A stretch of DNA of 64,000 nucleotides, from assembly GCA_035084275.1 (NCBI GenBank), contig CM068754.1, forward strand, positions 8,928,001-8,992,000. The letters run 5' to 3'. The stretch is from Hydrolagus colliei (Eukaryota). Both the position numbers and the translations under genes were made by a program. The notes below the pieces were generated by a model, which made no database searches, was not told the DNA's origin, and saw only the letters and a program-made list of their open reading frames with translations. Below are positions 25,501-37,235 of this stretch, one piece after another (positions within the stretch are counted from its first letter, which is position 1; the number at the start of each line of letters is the position of its first letter).

Positions 25501-28500
25501 CAAATGTGGGATATGCGTGCATTTGTCACAATTCCTTGGATGTTTAATTTCTAATCTGATCTACCTCTGTTGAGGATCAACTAGACATCAATGAGGTGTT
25601 TTGCAAGAAAAAAAACATTACTGAGTTGCTGTTGGGCATTTTTCAGCAGCTAATGTAATAACTGAGCAGCAGCATTGACAAGTGTGTTGTTTGCTTGGCT
25701 ATTCCTTCAGCTAAGGAATAACACAAGCTAACAAAGCAATCACAGCACTATCTTTGTACTTTTCTACATTTTACCTCGATACCTACTGCGGATTTTAATT
25801 ACTAATTAGAAAAACATAGTTTAAGTATTTTAATGAGTGATGCGATTTTATCTTTGGCCCATTTGTAAGTATCTGGATGTTAATAAACATTAAATTATCA
25901 CTTAAGTTACATTAAAATGCTTAATTAGATTTTAAGCAAACTTCCCAAGTACTGTTTGCTCAGCAGATATAAGATTCTATTGGAGGAATGAAATGCTGCT
26001 TTTATTTTGGTGCTGTATTCTTACCCAAGCACCGAAAGTCTTAATTAAATCCTAATGGGTTGGAAGGTGTGCCAAAATCCAATTGATTTTGAAATTATTG
26101 TTTCACCTTTGAAATTATTATGTCGCTTTTATTGTAACTATTTATGGAACATAGTTAACATTTTCTGTCTTTGGGAAAATGTTCAAAGGCTGGCCTGCCA
26201 CAGTTTTCAAACAGTCTAATGCAAATTTTATTTGTTGATGATATTAGGTTCAAAGGGGAGAAAAGCTGGAAAAGTACTTTGTTGATAATCCCTTCGTCAA
26301 CTCTCACTGTATGAATCCATATATGGAAGTTCCTTAACAAAGATCTTTGATTTTTACCAATTTGTATCTGACAGATGGAAAGTTACACATCAGTTTTCTT
26401 GCAGTATCACTCCATTGATAGCCTGCCTGCTTCATTAGGGCAGCTTCATTGACTTTATTGCTAGCCAGCACTTTGAATCATCTCCGGGGGTGAGCTTGAG
26501 CCATCCAACTCCATGAAAATCATACCCCTGTGTACTCTTCTACTTAACTGCTGGAGAGCTTCCCACGATCAGGTGGCTGTTCAAAAGAATCGGTTGCCAT
26601 TATGTCAAAAGTTTTACTCAGACAGACAAGTAGGATGTCCCTTCAGTTTCTGTACTAATGTATCTGGAGGGAAATAGGGAGGTAACCTTTTTTTCCACAT
26701 GACAGTATGACCATTGGTCAAAATCCAGAATCTTTCATTGCAAAGCACTAGGTTATTTCTGGATTTGAGAGAGAGCTGTGATTTTAACTTGGGCAAAAAG
26801 TACTCTCACACCACATTAAGTGCAACAATGTTCAATTAAAATTAAACTTTTGTGTATTAAGCATGCATTTGTGAATTCAAAATATTGGTATTTATACCTT
26901 TTTTTAATGTTTTATGTTCAGCCATTTAAGAGGAATAAAACACCTTGTGACACAATATGGAAATGCTAAATGTTAAGTAAGGGTTATTTTACTCAGCTTC
27001 AGAAGAGCATCCTCCAGTATAGGAAAAAAGATAATCTTGCCACTATAAGCACCAGCTGTCCTTGTTGTTTCTCTGAATGAGATTGCCAACTTGTGGGCAG
27101 TTTTATACTGTTGGCTTGTGCCAAAATAGCAATTGGATCGTGATTGCACAGTCTTTCAAGTGGGATAATTCCTGTAAGCAAAGTAGGGATACTTTCAGAG
27201 CATTATTCTGGGCTGAACTTAAAGCTAGGCCCAGGATGAAAAGATATTGTGCTAACCCAGTGAATATTGCAGTTGATGTTATCAGTTGTAATACTCGAGA
27301 TTAAATCTCAATTACAATATTTGCATAATAAATTATGCGAATTTCACAGTAAAAAATTGGAATTCAACCTTCAGTAATAAAACATTTGGCAATGTGCAGT
27401 ATTGTTGATGTTTATTGTAAATGTATGCTCTTGTGCAACAACTTGCTCACTCTGAGGTATTTATTAGATGGACTCATAGTCTTGTTTGTATTGGTCTAAA
27501 AATCACTACAGATTTCTCAGGGTCTCAAGGTTTTTGGAACAAATTCAGTTGAGATGAAGCCTGTGGAACACTGCAAATCCTGTAGGATTTCCTGCAATAG
27601 GTGCCTTTTAGCAAACTGATCCTTGTATAGATGTGAGCAGGTGCACTAAAATGTATTCAACAAAGAAGTGTTTGCAATCACTGATTGTGGCAGAACATGT
27701 GTTTAAGGCATTTGAAATGTTGGACAAATACACTAAAGGCTCCATAAAATAACCATTTGCTTTCTGCTTGATGATTGGCAGAATAAGGTCTATGTGGCAC
27801 AGAGCTATGAACAGTATTTTCTGTGAAAACAAAACACGTTAATCATCATTTGTTATCCCAACAGTCGGGAGAGAAACCGTTTAGGTTCACCATGGGAAGT
27901 GAACATTGAATCTGATTGTTTCAGTATTATTTACACGTTTCCTTTGCAAATTTTTGTTAAGTGTTTGGATTTCCTCTCAGTCGCTTTGAATTATTCCAGA
28001 TGTAGGCTGCAGTCAAATGACTCTTTTCCTAATCTTTTTTTTGAGTGGGGAGGGAGTGGGGGGAGAGAGAATGTTCAATCGACATTTTAGTAGTGAAATC
28101 AAATGAGCAAACGGAGTTCTCAATTGTGTATTTGGCATGTCTCCATTCAGAACCAACACAGATGGCTCTGTTGTTGCAGCAGAGGCAGAAATACTACATT
28201 AATGTTTAAAGGGATTAAAAATCCTCTTGGCAGTAGTGGCATATGTTACCACTTAATTGTTGCATTAGATGCTTCCCCTGCTGTTACAAAACCTGTAGTC
28301 ACTTTGTCTGCTTCTTATAAAGTATTGAAAGTCTTTCATGTTCAAACCAAGCTTTCAACAAACTTTGGTCACATTTTTGAGTGTTTTCCTACTGTATTCA
28401 TACATCTAATTGTATGTTAACTGCCTCTTATATTGCTTTGTAGTGTAAGGAAACATTCATATTGCATGATAACTAGCACACATGAAGAAACCCATTTGAC

Positions 28501-28879
28501 CTACATTTGTATTGGGCAGAGCTTTTAGGAGTTCTCATCTGAACTGGTTGATTGTGTGTGCACATGTGTGTTGGCTAAAGGAAGTTTTTATCATATTTGT
28601 CTCAGTTCTTCCTGTCATTTTATCTTCAAATTTCAAAAAATGCAATTCACTATCCTACAGCAGATTTGATAATATTACCCTGATAGATATGGTCATGATT
28701 TTATGGTGCCAGTATTCAATTCTTCCAAGTGCTTATTAAATACAGAGGAAACCTGATGCATCATGTGAGTTTTCCAAATGTAAAACAAGATTATTACACA
28801 CAAGTACTTTCATTGTCATTTGGTGTCTTTTATGACTGAAAGTACTGTAATGTCTTTAAACATTAAAAAAAAAGTAGTT

Positions 28880-29241
28880 AAGCAGCAATAGCACCCAGCA
28901 GTGTTCCACAAACAGTCGTGAACTGAGTGACCACATTTTTTTTTGACGGATTATTATTCGGCATGTGGAGTAAGGAAACTTGCTCAAGGTTTCGTCCCGC
29001 CTGGAATCGAATCCAGGTCTCTCGCTTGCGATGTGAGTTTTCGCCCACAAATATACAGTCAATTCTCCTACTCTCCTTCATCCTGCTCTGACCCCTCCCC
29101 CCCCCCCCCCCCCCCCCACCCACCTGCTCTTGTCCCTACCTGATTGTACAGCGCCTTGGGACGTCCCCTTGACATGAAAGGCGCTATATAAATGTAAGTT
29201 TTGATTGACTGATTGAGTGCTCTAACCACTGAGCTACAGGA
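28880..29241 (-). mobile_element. tRNA-SINE 5' half, interrupted by an opposite-strand insertion (29039-29213)
   Basis: Head CCTGTAGCTCAGTGGTTAGAGCACTC (29240-29215) resumes at 29034 (ACATCGCAAGCGAGAGACCTGGATTCGATTCC). TGAGT is duplicated at 29034-29038 and 29214-29218. Confidence 0.88.
29039..29213 (+). mobile_element. Chimeric SINE-piece + L2 3' end insertion
   Basis: About 27 nt of SINE body, then a C-rich L2 3' UTR, the AGCGCCTT...AAGGCGCT stem and a (TTGA)n-like tail. Confidence 0.8.
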
Positions 29242-29598
29242 TATACAATGTGTAAGCACAAAGTGCACCTGAAAAGCCCACCAGTGAGCTGAAAGTCTGC
29301 CTTGACCTTTTTGAAAGTTAAGGAATGTTCAGACTTTTGGAGTAAAAACATGTCTTTGTTAATCAGCAGTTTACAATCCAATAAATTGGCAGATTCATTT
29401 CTAGAAAGCAGAGTTCCCAGGATTAGAAAATATTAATTATACAAGATGCGCTAAAAAGAATCATCTGGAACACCTTCTGTAGATTGCTCTCAAAATAAAT
29501 CTCTGTAAGATTTTTCAGTGAACTGATCTATGTCTTGCACATCAATTCGGTTGACGGGAGAAATAGAACAGAATATGATATTCTGTTTCTCATGCAGT

Positions 29599-30379
29599 AC
29601 AACGACAACAACTTTGATTTATATAGCGCCCTCCACTCCGGACGGCGTCTCAGAGCGCTTCACAATAGCAGATCCTGGGACCGAGTCAGGGGCAGGGGTA
29701 GAAAGGTGACCAAAGGCGCGGTCGAAGAGAAACTTCTTTAGCTGTGACCTGAAACTGGGAAGAGAGAGACGAGGTGAAAGGAGTGAGGAAGGGAGTTCCA
29801 GAGCCTTGGGGCATAGTGGCTGAAGGCACGGCTGCTGAGAGTGGAACGGAGGATTCAGGGGACATGGAGGAGGCCAGACCCAGAGGAGCAAACGCAGCGG
29901 ATGCTGGTTTGGGGAGAGAGGAGATCAGAGAGGAAGAGGGGTGCAGAGGAGTGGAGGGACTTGAAAACAAGGGTGAGGATCTTAAAGTCGATCCTCTCAG
30001 GGACAGGGAGCCAGTGAAGTCTGGCAAGGACTGGGGTAATGGGGGAGTGAAGCTTGGTGCGGGTGAGTATGCGGGTGGCAGAGTTTTGAATTACCGGTAG
30101 CTGGATTTTGTGGTGGCGAGAAGACTGGCGAGGAGGGTGTTGCAGTAGTCCAGCCGAGAGGTGACAAAGGCATGGACCAAGATTTCAGCGGCTTGTGAGG
30201 TATTGCTGGAGACGGGTGATCCGTCGGAGGTGGTAGAAGGCAGTGCTGGTAACGGACCGGATGTGGGGGAGGAAGGACAGTTGGGGATCAAACCTGATAC
30301 CAAGGTTGTGCACAGGTTCAGAGAGTTTTCGGGGCAGGCCAGGAAGGTGGAGGAGGTGAGAGCCGTGCGAATGGAGTAA
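29599..30379 (-). mobile_element. L2 LINE, 5'-truncated (ORF2 C-terminus + 3' UTR)
   Basis: Minus strand reads, with frameshifts, NLGIRFDPQLSF..AFYHLRRI..AAEILVHAFVTSRLDYCN..LHWLPVPERIDFKILTLVFKSL..RAFSHYAPRLWNSLP. Ends in a (GTT)n tail. Confidence 0.95.
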
Positions 30380-31084
30380 CTCTCAAATCAGACTGCATTG
30401 CAAAAATAATTGTAGTTTGGCCATTTTGATTAGCCACAGTTCATATGGACTAAAAAGGCCAGAGTTTGTTTCAAATATAATGTACCATTGCTGCAGACCA
30501 AATTGTAGAATTGACTAGTGGTCATTTAAAAATATGCTCAAGATGCATCAGAATTAAGTTTTCCTTGAAATATTGGTGTGTTCCATGTCTGGAATAGTGA
30601 ATGAGCATGATTTACAACATCATTTAGAGAAAGGACTGATTCTGTATATACAAGCAAAGATAAGCAGAGTTCTCAGAGGTGTGTTGGACAAAAGTATTGG
30701 TTTTACAAAATTGTGAACACATTCACTCAACCTCTAACTCTTTTTCTCCCTCTTCTTCTACATGCCCAAGTAAGAAATGTTTCAATAGATATTTTGCCCA
30801 GATGACAGTTTGTTTGTATTCTTTGAACACTTAATGTATGTTAAGGAAAGTTAGTGATATCTTCAGTATGAAATGAATGTTCACCATGTAATAATATTTG
30901 ATTAGTTTAATCTATGGATTCCCAAATGGGCTTCACCAGTGATGTATGTAAGGTTTTAATAGCTTCTTTGGACTTCTAAGAATACTCAGTATTTGCTATT
31001 GTTCTCTGTGTGCTAAACAGCACTTTGATATAAATTTTTGTGTTGAGATATTAAATTCTCAGATGTGTGTGTTTGTTTTTACAG

Positions 31085-31168
31085 TGGCCGGGCTCATTTA
31101 TTCCTCCCTTTTTTCTACTATCGTTTCCTGACTTTACGCTATGGATCTCGTAGAAATCCCTACTGCAG
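31085..31168 (+). CDS. TMEM33: TMEM33-like coding exon 6 (84 bp)
   Basis: Acceptor ttttacAG. Encodes GRAHLFLPFFYYRFLTLRYGSRRNPYC-R (YYRFLTLRY.SRRNPYCR motif). Donor GTAGGT. Confidence 0.97.
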
Positions 31169-31291
31169 GTAGGTGCAACATTCACACTTGACTAGATTTG
31201 TTTTTAACACAATGATGGTTGCAAACAGATCAGCGCACCAGTTTGGTAATAGAATTCATCCAAGAATTTTAATACAACATTATTTAATATA

Positions 31292-31452
31292 CAGTAAAAG
31301 CCCATTTATCCGGCACCCTATCAACCGTAACTTCCGTATAGCCGGCATTGCAAAAAAAAAAGGTCCGCATTCGATTAATCCGAATTTATTCAGAAAAATT
31401 GATTAAAACTTTTTTTAGGTCCCGAGCGTGCCGGATAAACAGGCTTTTACTG
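31292..31452. mobile_element. Tigger-like MITE, copy 2
   Basis: CAGTAAAAGCCCATTTATCCGG ... CCGGATAAACAGGCTTTTACTG with TA flanks. Interior homologous to copy 1. Confidence 0.9.
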
Positions 31453-31454
31453 TA

Positions 31455-31670
31455 CAGGTATCCCTCCCCAACCACAGGGGATACGTTCCTCTAAACCTTC
31501 ACGGTTGGAAAATGCAGGGCCCTATGAGAAACATGGGGATAGGGAAAGTAAGTTCGCGTTTCGTAGAACTAAACAAAAAAAACACATACAGTTATAACAT
31601 ACATAGGAATAGGGGGAGTAAGTTTGGGTGCATTGGTTCCAGGACCTGTAGCAATCCGCGAGGCTGTCTA
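31455..31670 (+). mobile_element. Second Tigger/MER2-group element (left end only)
   Basis: Starts TA|CAGGTATCCCTC...GGGGATACGTTCC and contains the internal TTGGTTCCAGGACC motif typical of MER2-group elements. No clear right TIR. Confidence 0.6.
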
Positions 31671-32599
31671 ACTGACTGATGTACACAGAGAGAGCGAGAG
31701 AGAGACACACTCTCTCAGGATCTAAGAAGGATTCTTCCTTCTTAGATCCTGTTAACCTAACCAATAGGTTTGTTCTAGCTGCACAAGCAGTAGGAAGTTT
31801 TCCAGACACTACTTTCATTGGTAACCTATGTAATTCCGACACTGGGGTCCCAAGCCTTTGTTCACTCCAACCTATGCCTAATGCTTTCCAGAAACTAGAG
31901 TGCATTCCCCCAGGAAGAGAGTGAGTTTTCCATTCCAAACATGGCAATTTCCATGTACAGGTGGAGTGCCTGGAACCATGTTTGGTGTGGATACTCTTTC
32001 AAGATGGTGATATATTCTGGTGTGAGTCAGGAATTAGATATAGAAGAATCTTCTGTGGAAGTTGAAAAAAGTATTTTCCTTGGTTAGGAAGTCTGTGAAC
32101 TATATTTGAACTGCACAATTTTATAATAAGACTGTTCCAGAAGAGAGAACCAATAATTTATTTACTTCATTGGCAAAAAAACTGTTATGCATATGGGACA
32201 TTGTTCGTGCCCTTTAGAAGGCTTTACTAACCATTACTGACAAGCCTATTGTTGAATATTATGAATGCTAGTGTAATATTCATGATTATATTAATACAAT
32301 AAAATCATGAATCTTCAGAAGATTGTTATGAAGAATGACTCTCAAAAGTTTTAATTTCAGTAGGAAAAACAACTGTGAATGATTGAGATCCAGCTCTTTA
32401 AAGTGCTGAGGGTCACAGATACTACCAATGTACGCAGGTCACTTAACCTGAACCACAAGTACAGAACTGAAAAATATGAGTAATGAGCCTCAAGCAAGAC
32501 TGCACAGCACCAGGCATTCTCTTCCCCCTATCCATCCACAGAGTAGGGAAAACTTAAAAGGACTGGCCATTAATGCCATTTTAATTCACTACATAGATT

Positions 32600-32860
32600 T
32601 GAAAGCTACGAAAGTAAGTATAGACAGAGATGATCAATCATGATATAGAATTCAATGATCCTTGACCTGCTAAGACCTTGGAACTCAAATTTTCAAATAT
32701 GAATAAAGCAGATTGTAAGGGTTAGTTATTCTTGATGATGTTTTGGTGCCGAGGGGGAAGGAGAGACGAGGAGAAACGTTATAAGACCTTCTCTCAAGAG
32801 ACTGAATAATACGGAAAATGGCATGGTCTGCAAAAGTGAATGGCCTTTTCCCATTCCACA
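32600..32860 (+). mobile_element. Decayed CR1-like 3' fragment
   Basis: Ends with ...aaagtgaatggccttttcc, resembling the CR1 3' UTR (ggctgaatggcct). Confidence 0.35.
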
Positions 32861-33089
32861 CTTTGTCAGTAATGTTGCATTTCCCCTTTAATCAATTAAT
32901 TGAAAACACTTCAGAGCAGAAGATGGTCATTCATTCAGCCCAGCATGCCTATACTGGTGAGTTTTATGGGTGATTGCTTGCAATTAACTGCTGCTTCCAT
33001 TCAAGCACAGATCCATAGATAGCTTGCTCCAGCAACATATAGTTCTGGTCTCTGTCCACTAAAGGGTTTGCCCAGACCATAGAGGCATC

Positions 33090-33420
33090 CAGAGGGGAAC
33101 TAGGAGGATCATTCCCTGGAATGAGCTATAAGCAATGATGAGACAAGCTTGGGTTCTTCAGTCTTGATAGGAGTCAGATAGAACCTTAAAGGGGTACCTA
33201 GAATTTGAAATGGGGCTAAAAAAGTACACACAAAGATGCACACAGTCGATCAGGAGGACACAGATTTAGAGTTGCAAAGCGCAATTTCTGGACAAACACC
33301 AGAAAATATTTATTTGCTAGGAGAATAATTAATGACTGGAACAATGATATAAGGAAGGATGGTCAGGACAGAGAACTAATTTTAAAAAGCAACTTGTCGC
33401 TGTGATGGGATAGCGGTAGG
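33090..33420 (+). mobile_element. Decayed CR1 ORF2 C-terminal fragment
   Basis: atgagctat...cttgggttcttcagtctt (MSY..LGFFSL), caggaggacacagattta (GGHRF-like), tggaac, all typical of the CR1 C-terminus. Confidence 0.6.
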
Positions 33421-33449
33421 GTGAGATCCAATTCTCTGTTGTAAAATAA

Positions 33450-33660
33450 TAGTGAAAGCCTGTTTATCCAGCACCCGATCAACCGTAATTTCCGTATAAC
33501 CGGCATCGCAAAAAAAGTCTGCATTCGATTAACTGGGATTTATCCGGAAAAATGCATTAAACTTTTTAACTTTTTTTTGTGTTTTCGGCCGAATATCTGG
33601 CACGAGCTTTAACCGGCATTGGCCAGGTCCCGAAGGTGCTGGATAAACAGGCTTTTCCTG
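33450..33660. mobile_element. Tigger-like MITE, copy 3 (longest)
   Basis: tagtgaaagcctgtttatcca ... tggataaacaggcttttcctg|TA. Interior homologous to copies 1 and 2. Confidence 0.88.
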
Positions 33661-36034
33661 TACTCATAGATTGAGTTAACTTTAATCTCTACAGCATGGG
33701 TATAGAGGGTAAATATTGAAATTATAGATGACTTCTGATTGGGCAATGGCAAAAGCAGTATTTCCTAAATGAAACCAAATTACTTCTGTTGGAAAAGATT
33801 GTCATTTACAGCAAGTCATTGCTTTCAATTAGAAACTGACGTCATTTTGTTTTGTACTGTGTTAGATCAAACATTAATGTTAATCGTCTCTTTAACTAGA
33901 TGCAATTATCCAGAAATGTCCTTGATGTATTTGCACCAATTTTAATTAGTTTACATTTAACGATGCCTGTATATGAATGATGTGAGCAGCTTTGTAAAAT
34001 ATTAGTAGTTATTTTATTAACTACTGTGTGAAGTAAATCGAACATCTTTAAACTTCATGTTGAATACATATTTGGAATAAGAAGTATTACTTGAACACCA
34101 ATGCTCATTGAAAGCTTCCCCCCTTTCTCTGCTTCATTCCAAACTCTCTTTGTCATTGTAAATGTAAGTGATCACAAACCTCACTGATGCATCCTAATTT
34201 AAGGGACGTGAAATTAAAGCGTGCGTGCAATAGTTTAAATATATTTATTTATTCCCTCAGTACAACATTCCAAAGTATTTAAGATTTTTTTCATTACTGA
34301 CTCAAAACTGGTCAAAACTATTTAAAATCAATGAATCCCTCCCATTGACTGGAGTCAAGAGAATGCAATACAGATAAGAACAAAAGGTGTAGGAACTCAA
34401 CTACAGAGCTGATAGAATTGAGTTTATACGAATGGAGCCAAAGTCAATGTACTGTGTAATGTGTACTGATGCACCTTGTCAGCCAATCAGAATTAAACAA
34501 TAGTCCAGGGTGCAATCAAATTTTCATTAAGTGTCAAAAAATGTCTTTCTAACCCAATTGCCTGAGCTGAAATTACCAAGGGCTTCAACAACTCCTACTG
34601 TCTTGTTGCTTTGAGTGCCTGCATCCACCGCTGCCCATCTGCCTATTGATTGGTAGGAAGCCCAGAATGGGAATTCCGTCTCATTAATCATGTCACAGAA
34701 TAGGGATTAAGACAAGTCTTTGGTTTAAGCTTCACAGCATCTGACCATAGCCCATCAGTGCAGTTGATAGCTGATGATATGCAGAGAATGCCTCAAGCCC
34801 CATGGGGTCATCTGACAACAAAACTTTGGAAAACCTTTCCTTTAGAACTTGGCAAATGGATTTGGAAAGCAGTTTTCAGCAAGAATGATCAGATTGGGAA
34901 AGTACATTTAAATAACATTGCTTTTGTCAATGTACTGTTGGCCAGATAAAAATTGTATCTGTTTTATTTATAATTTTTATTAAGTATATTGTCTGGGTCA
35001 GCCAAAAGTATTTATTTGCCAAATCTTACAAATATAATTGGTTTTATTTTTGTAAACCGTTTAACCAGAAGTTACATGTAATGCGCTACCAAAGCACCTA
35101 CCCTGACAGGACAGTGTTCTTATTCACAAGGGAGAGTTACGAACATCTGTTAATTATGTTTTTTTCATTGGAACAAAGGAAAAACTGAATCTAATCAAAT
35201 GTCATGTGTTTTGGGCATTTGGTAATGCAGATAGTTAAATGATGGTTAAAAGCTAATGAATGAAAAACAATTGGGTATTTTGGTGGTAAAAGGTTTAGTT
35301 TAATTTAATGTTGTCTGGAAATTTGTCATGCTATAGATGTTCTTATGTTTAAATAGCCTTGGGTACATTCAATGGTTTTCAAATGAAAACTGTCTGATTT
35401 TATTTTAATTAGTACTGATTTTGAAATATGGTTGGTTGTGTGGTATTAGCAGTTTGGAAAATCGAAGTATAACTACATCTTGATTTTCATCTTGAATCTG
35501 TGCTTTTATTTATTGATCGACCCTTTCATGGGGCAATGAGTCCTTTGAATATATTCCAAATGCAAGCATTATTGATGTGTTTCATGGGTATGCCATTTGA
35601 AATTCTTAAGATTATTATAACAGGGATTGAGGTTACCAGTAATAAAATAAATCAATGAATGGAAAAACAAGTACTGAATATCAGACAAGAGTGTCTGTAC
35701 TGTTAAAACATGTTTGTTTTGTCTTATTGTGCAAACATGCTTTCAGATAGACATTTCTCAGAAATCTACTTAGCAATGTAGTGAGGCTGATAATTTCTCG
35801 TTACAAAACACATTGTATTTTTATGTTAACACATCAGTCGTTGATCTTAGTGATGCATTTAAATTTATATTTATTTATAACCTTCGGTTTATATTGAGGT
35901 TTTCATACCAATTTGTCAAGCATTTGTGGTGTCACTTTTTAGCTGAGAAGAGAATACAAGCTTTAATGCAGAGAAAAGGAGTACAGTTTGTGTGTACAGT
36001 TATGAATGATATGTAACAGTTTACATATATTTTA

Positions 36035-36118
36035 TAATAATGCTTGTATTTGATATAGTGCTTATCATGTCTGAAACATCTCAAAATGCTTCGCAGAATA
36101 TACACAGAACGTGAATTG
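36035..36118 (-). mobile_element. SINE 3' fragment
   Basis: Reverse complement of the SINE tail. Confidence 0.75.
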
Positions 36119-36278
36119 GGCTTTTGAGTAAAAGTGCCAAACAAATTTATAAACTATTGTTTTGGAGTCAGGAAAACCTATGTGGAATTCATTGTTTGCA
36201 GTGAAACAAGACAAGAAAAGTGAAAGTCAATTCAGAGTTCAGCTGATTGAAAAAAGTGCAAATCATATATCACCAATA

Positions 36279-36738
36279 AATCATAGAATCATACATTTGT
36301 TACAGCACAAAAGGAGGCTATTTGGCCCATCTAGTCTACGCTGGCTCTTTCAAAAGAGCAACTCAATCCCACTGCCCAGCTCTCTTCCCCATAATCTAAC
36401 AGACCTGTTCTCCCTAAATAAAGATCTAATTCTCTTTTAAACGCTGTTATCGACTCGGCCCCACCACCTTTTCAGGCAAAGCATTCCAGATTCGAACAAC
36501 CCGCTGAGTGAAAAAATTTCTCCTCAGCTCCCCTCTGTTTTGTTTTGAAACTGTTTTAGATCTGTAACCACGAGTTACAGATTCACCCACTAGTGGAAAC
36601 AGTTTTTCCTGATTCACCCTGTCAAATCCCCTCATGATTTTATCCTTATAGGATTTTATAAACCTCTATTAGGTCTCCTCTCAACCTTCTATGTTCCAAG
36701 AGAAACCTAGCCTATCTAGCCTTTCCCCATAACTGAAG
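36279..36738 (-). mobile_element. CR1 LINE 3' fragment
   Basis: Minus ORF MRGFDRVNQEKLFPLVGESVTRGYR...RRNFFTQRVVRIWNALP is a classic CR1 ORF2 C-terminus. Terminal ATTCTATG repeat at about 36280-36290. Confidence 0.95.
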
Positions 36739-37235
36739 TGTATTTATACTATTTATTCGGAATGTCTTAAATTGTTTGCTCCATATATTATCAAAAAGGT
36801 CAAAGAAATGTATTGTGCCTCACTCAATGGTATATATAGAAGTGACTTCTGATATACAATTACATGACAAATAATTGAGAGTAAATTGACATTCGGAATG
36901 GAAATCTGGTACCAAATTTGAGTTGTAAAGCAAAATCTGATCATTGTCATTGAGAAGTCATAAATTCTTGTACGAGTTCATACTGTGTTTGTAGGATGCC
37001 TTACAATGATGTATTAAGTATTTAAATTTTTCTACATTGATTTGACCAGTACAACTTGTGTGACAGCTATTATGCATTAACCAGATGAATAGAGCCTGAG
37101 TAGACAGAACCACTCAGTACAAAGTGGCCACAACTGCAATTTATTGCCTTGCGCTATTCCCATTGTTTTCAACAGCTAAGGTGTTGTGTGTTATGATCTG
37201 AAGTAGCTAACTGATTTTCTATCCTTTATTAACAG

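Noticed and set aside
25191-25529. Overlapping minus-strand ORFs (112 and 85 aa)
   Set aside because: No recognisable domain or splice context. More likely non-coding, CNE-like DNA.
31522-31947. Longest ORF in the track (141 aa, minus strand)
   Set aside because: It spans a transposon remnant, a GA repeat and hairpins. It has no transposase motifs and no family resemblance.
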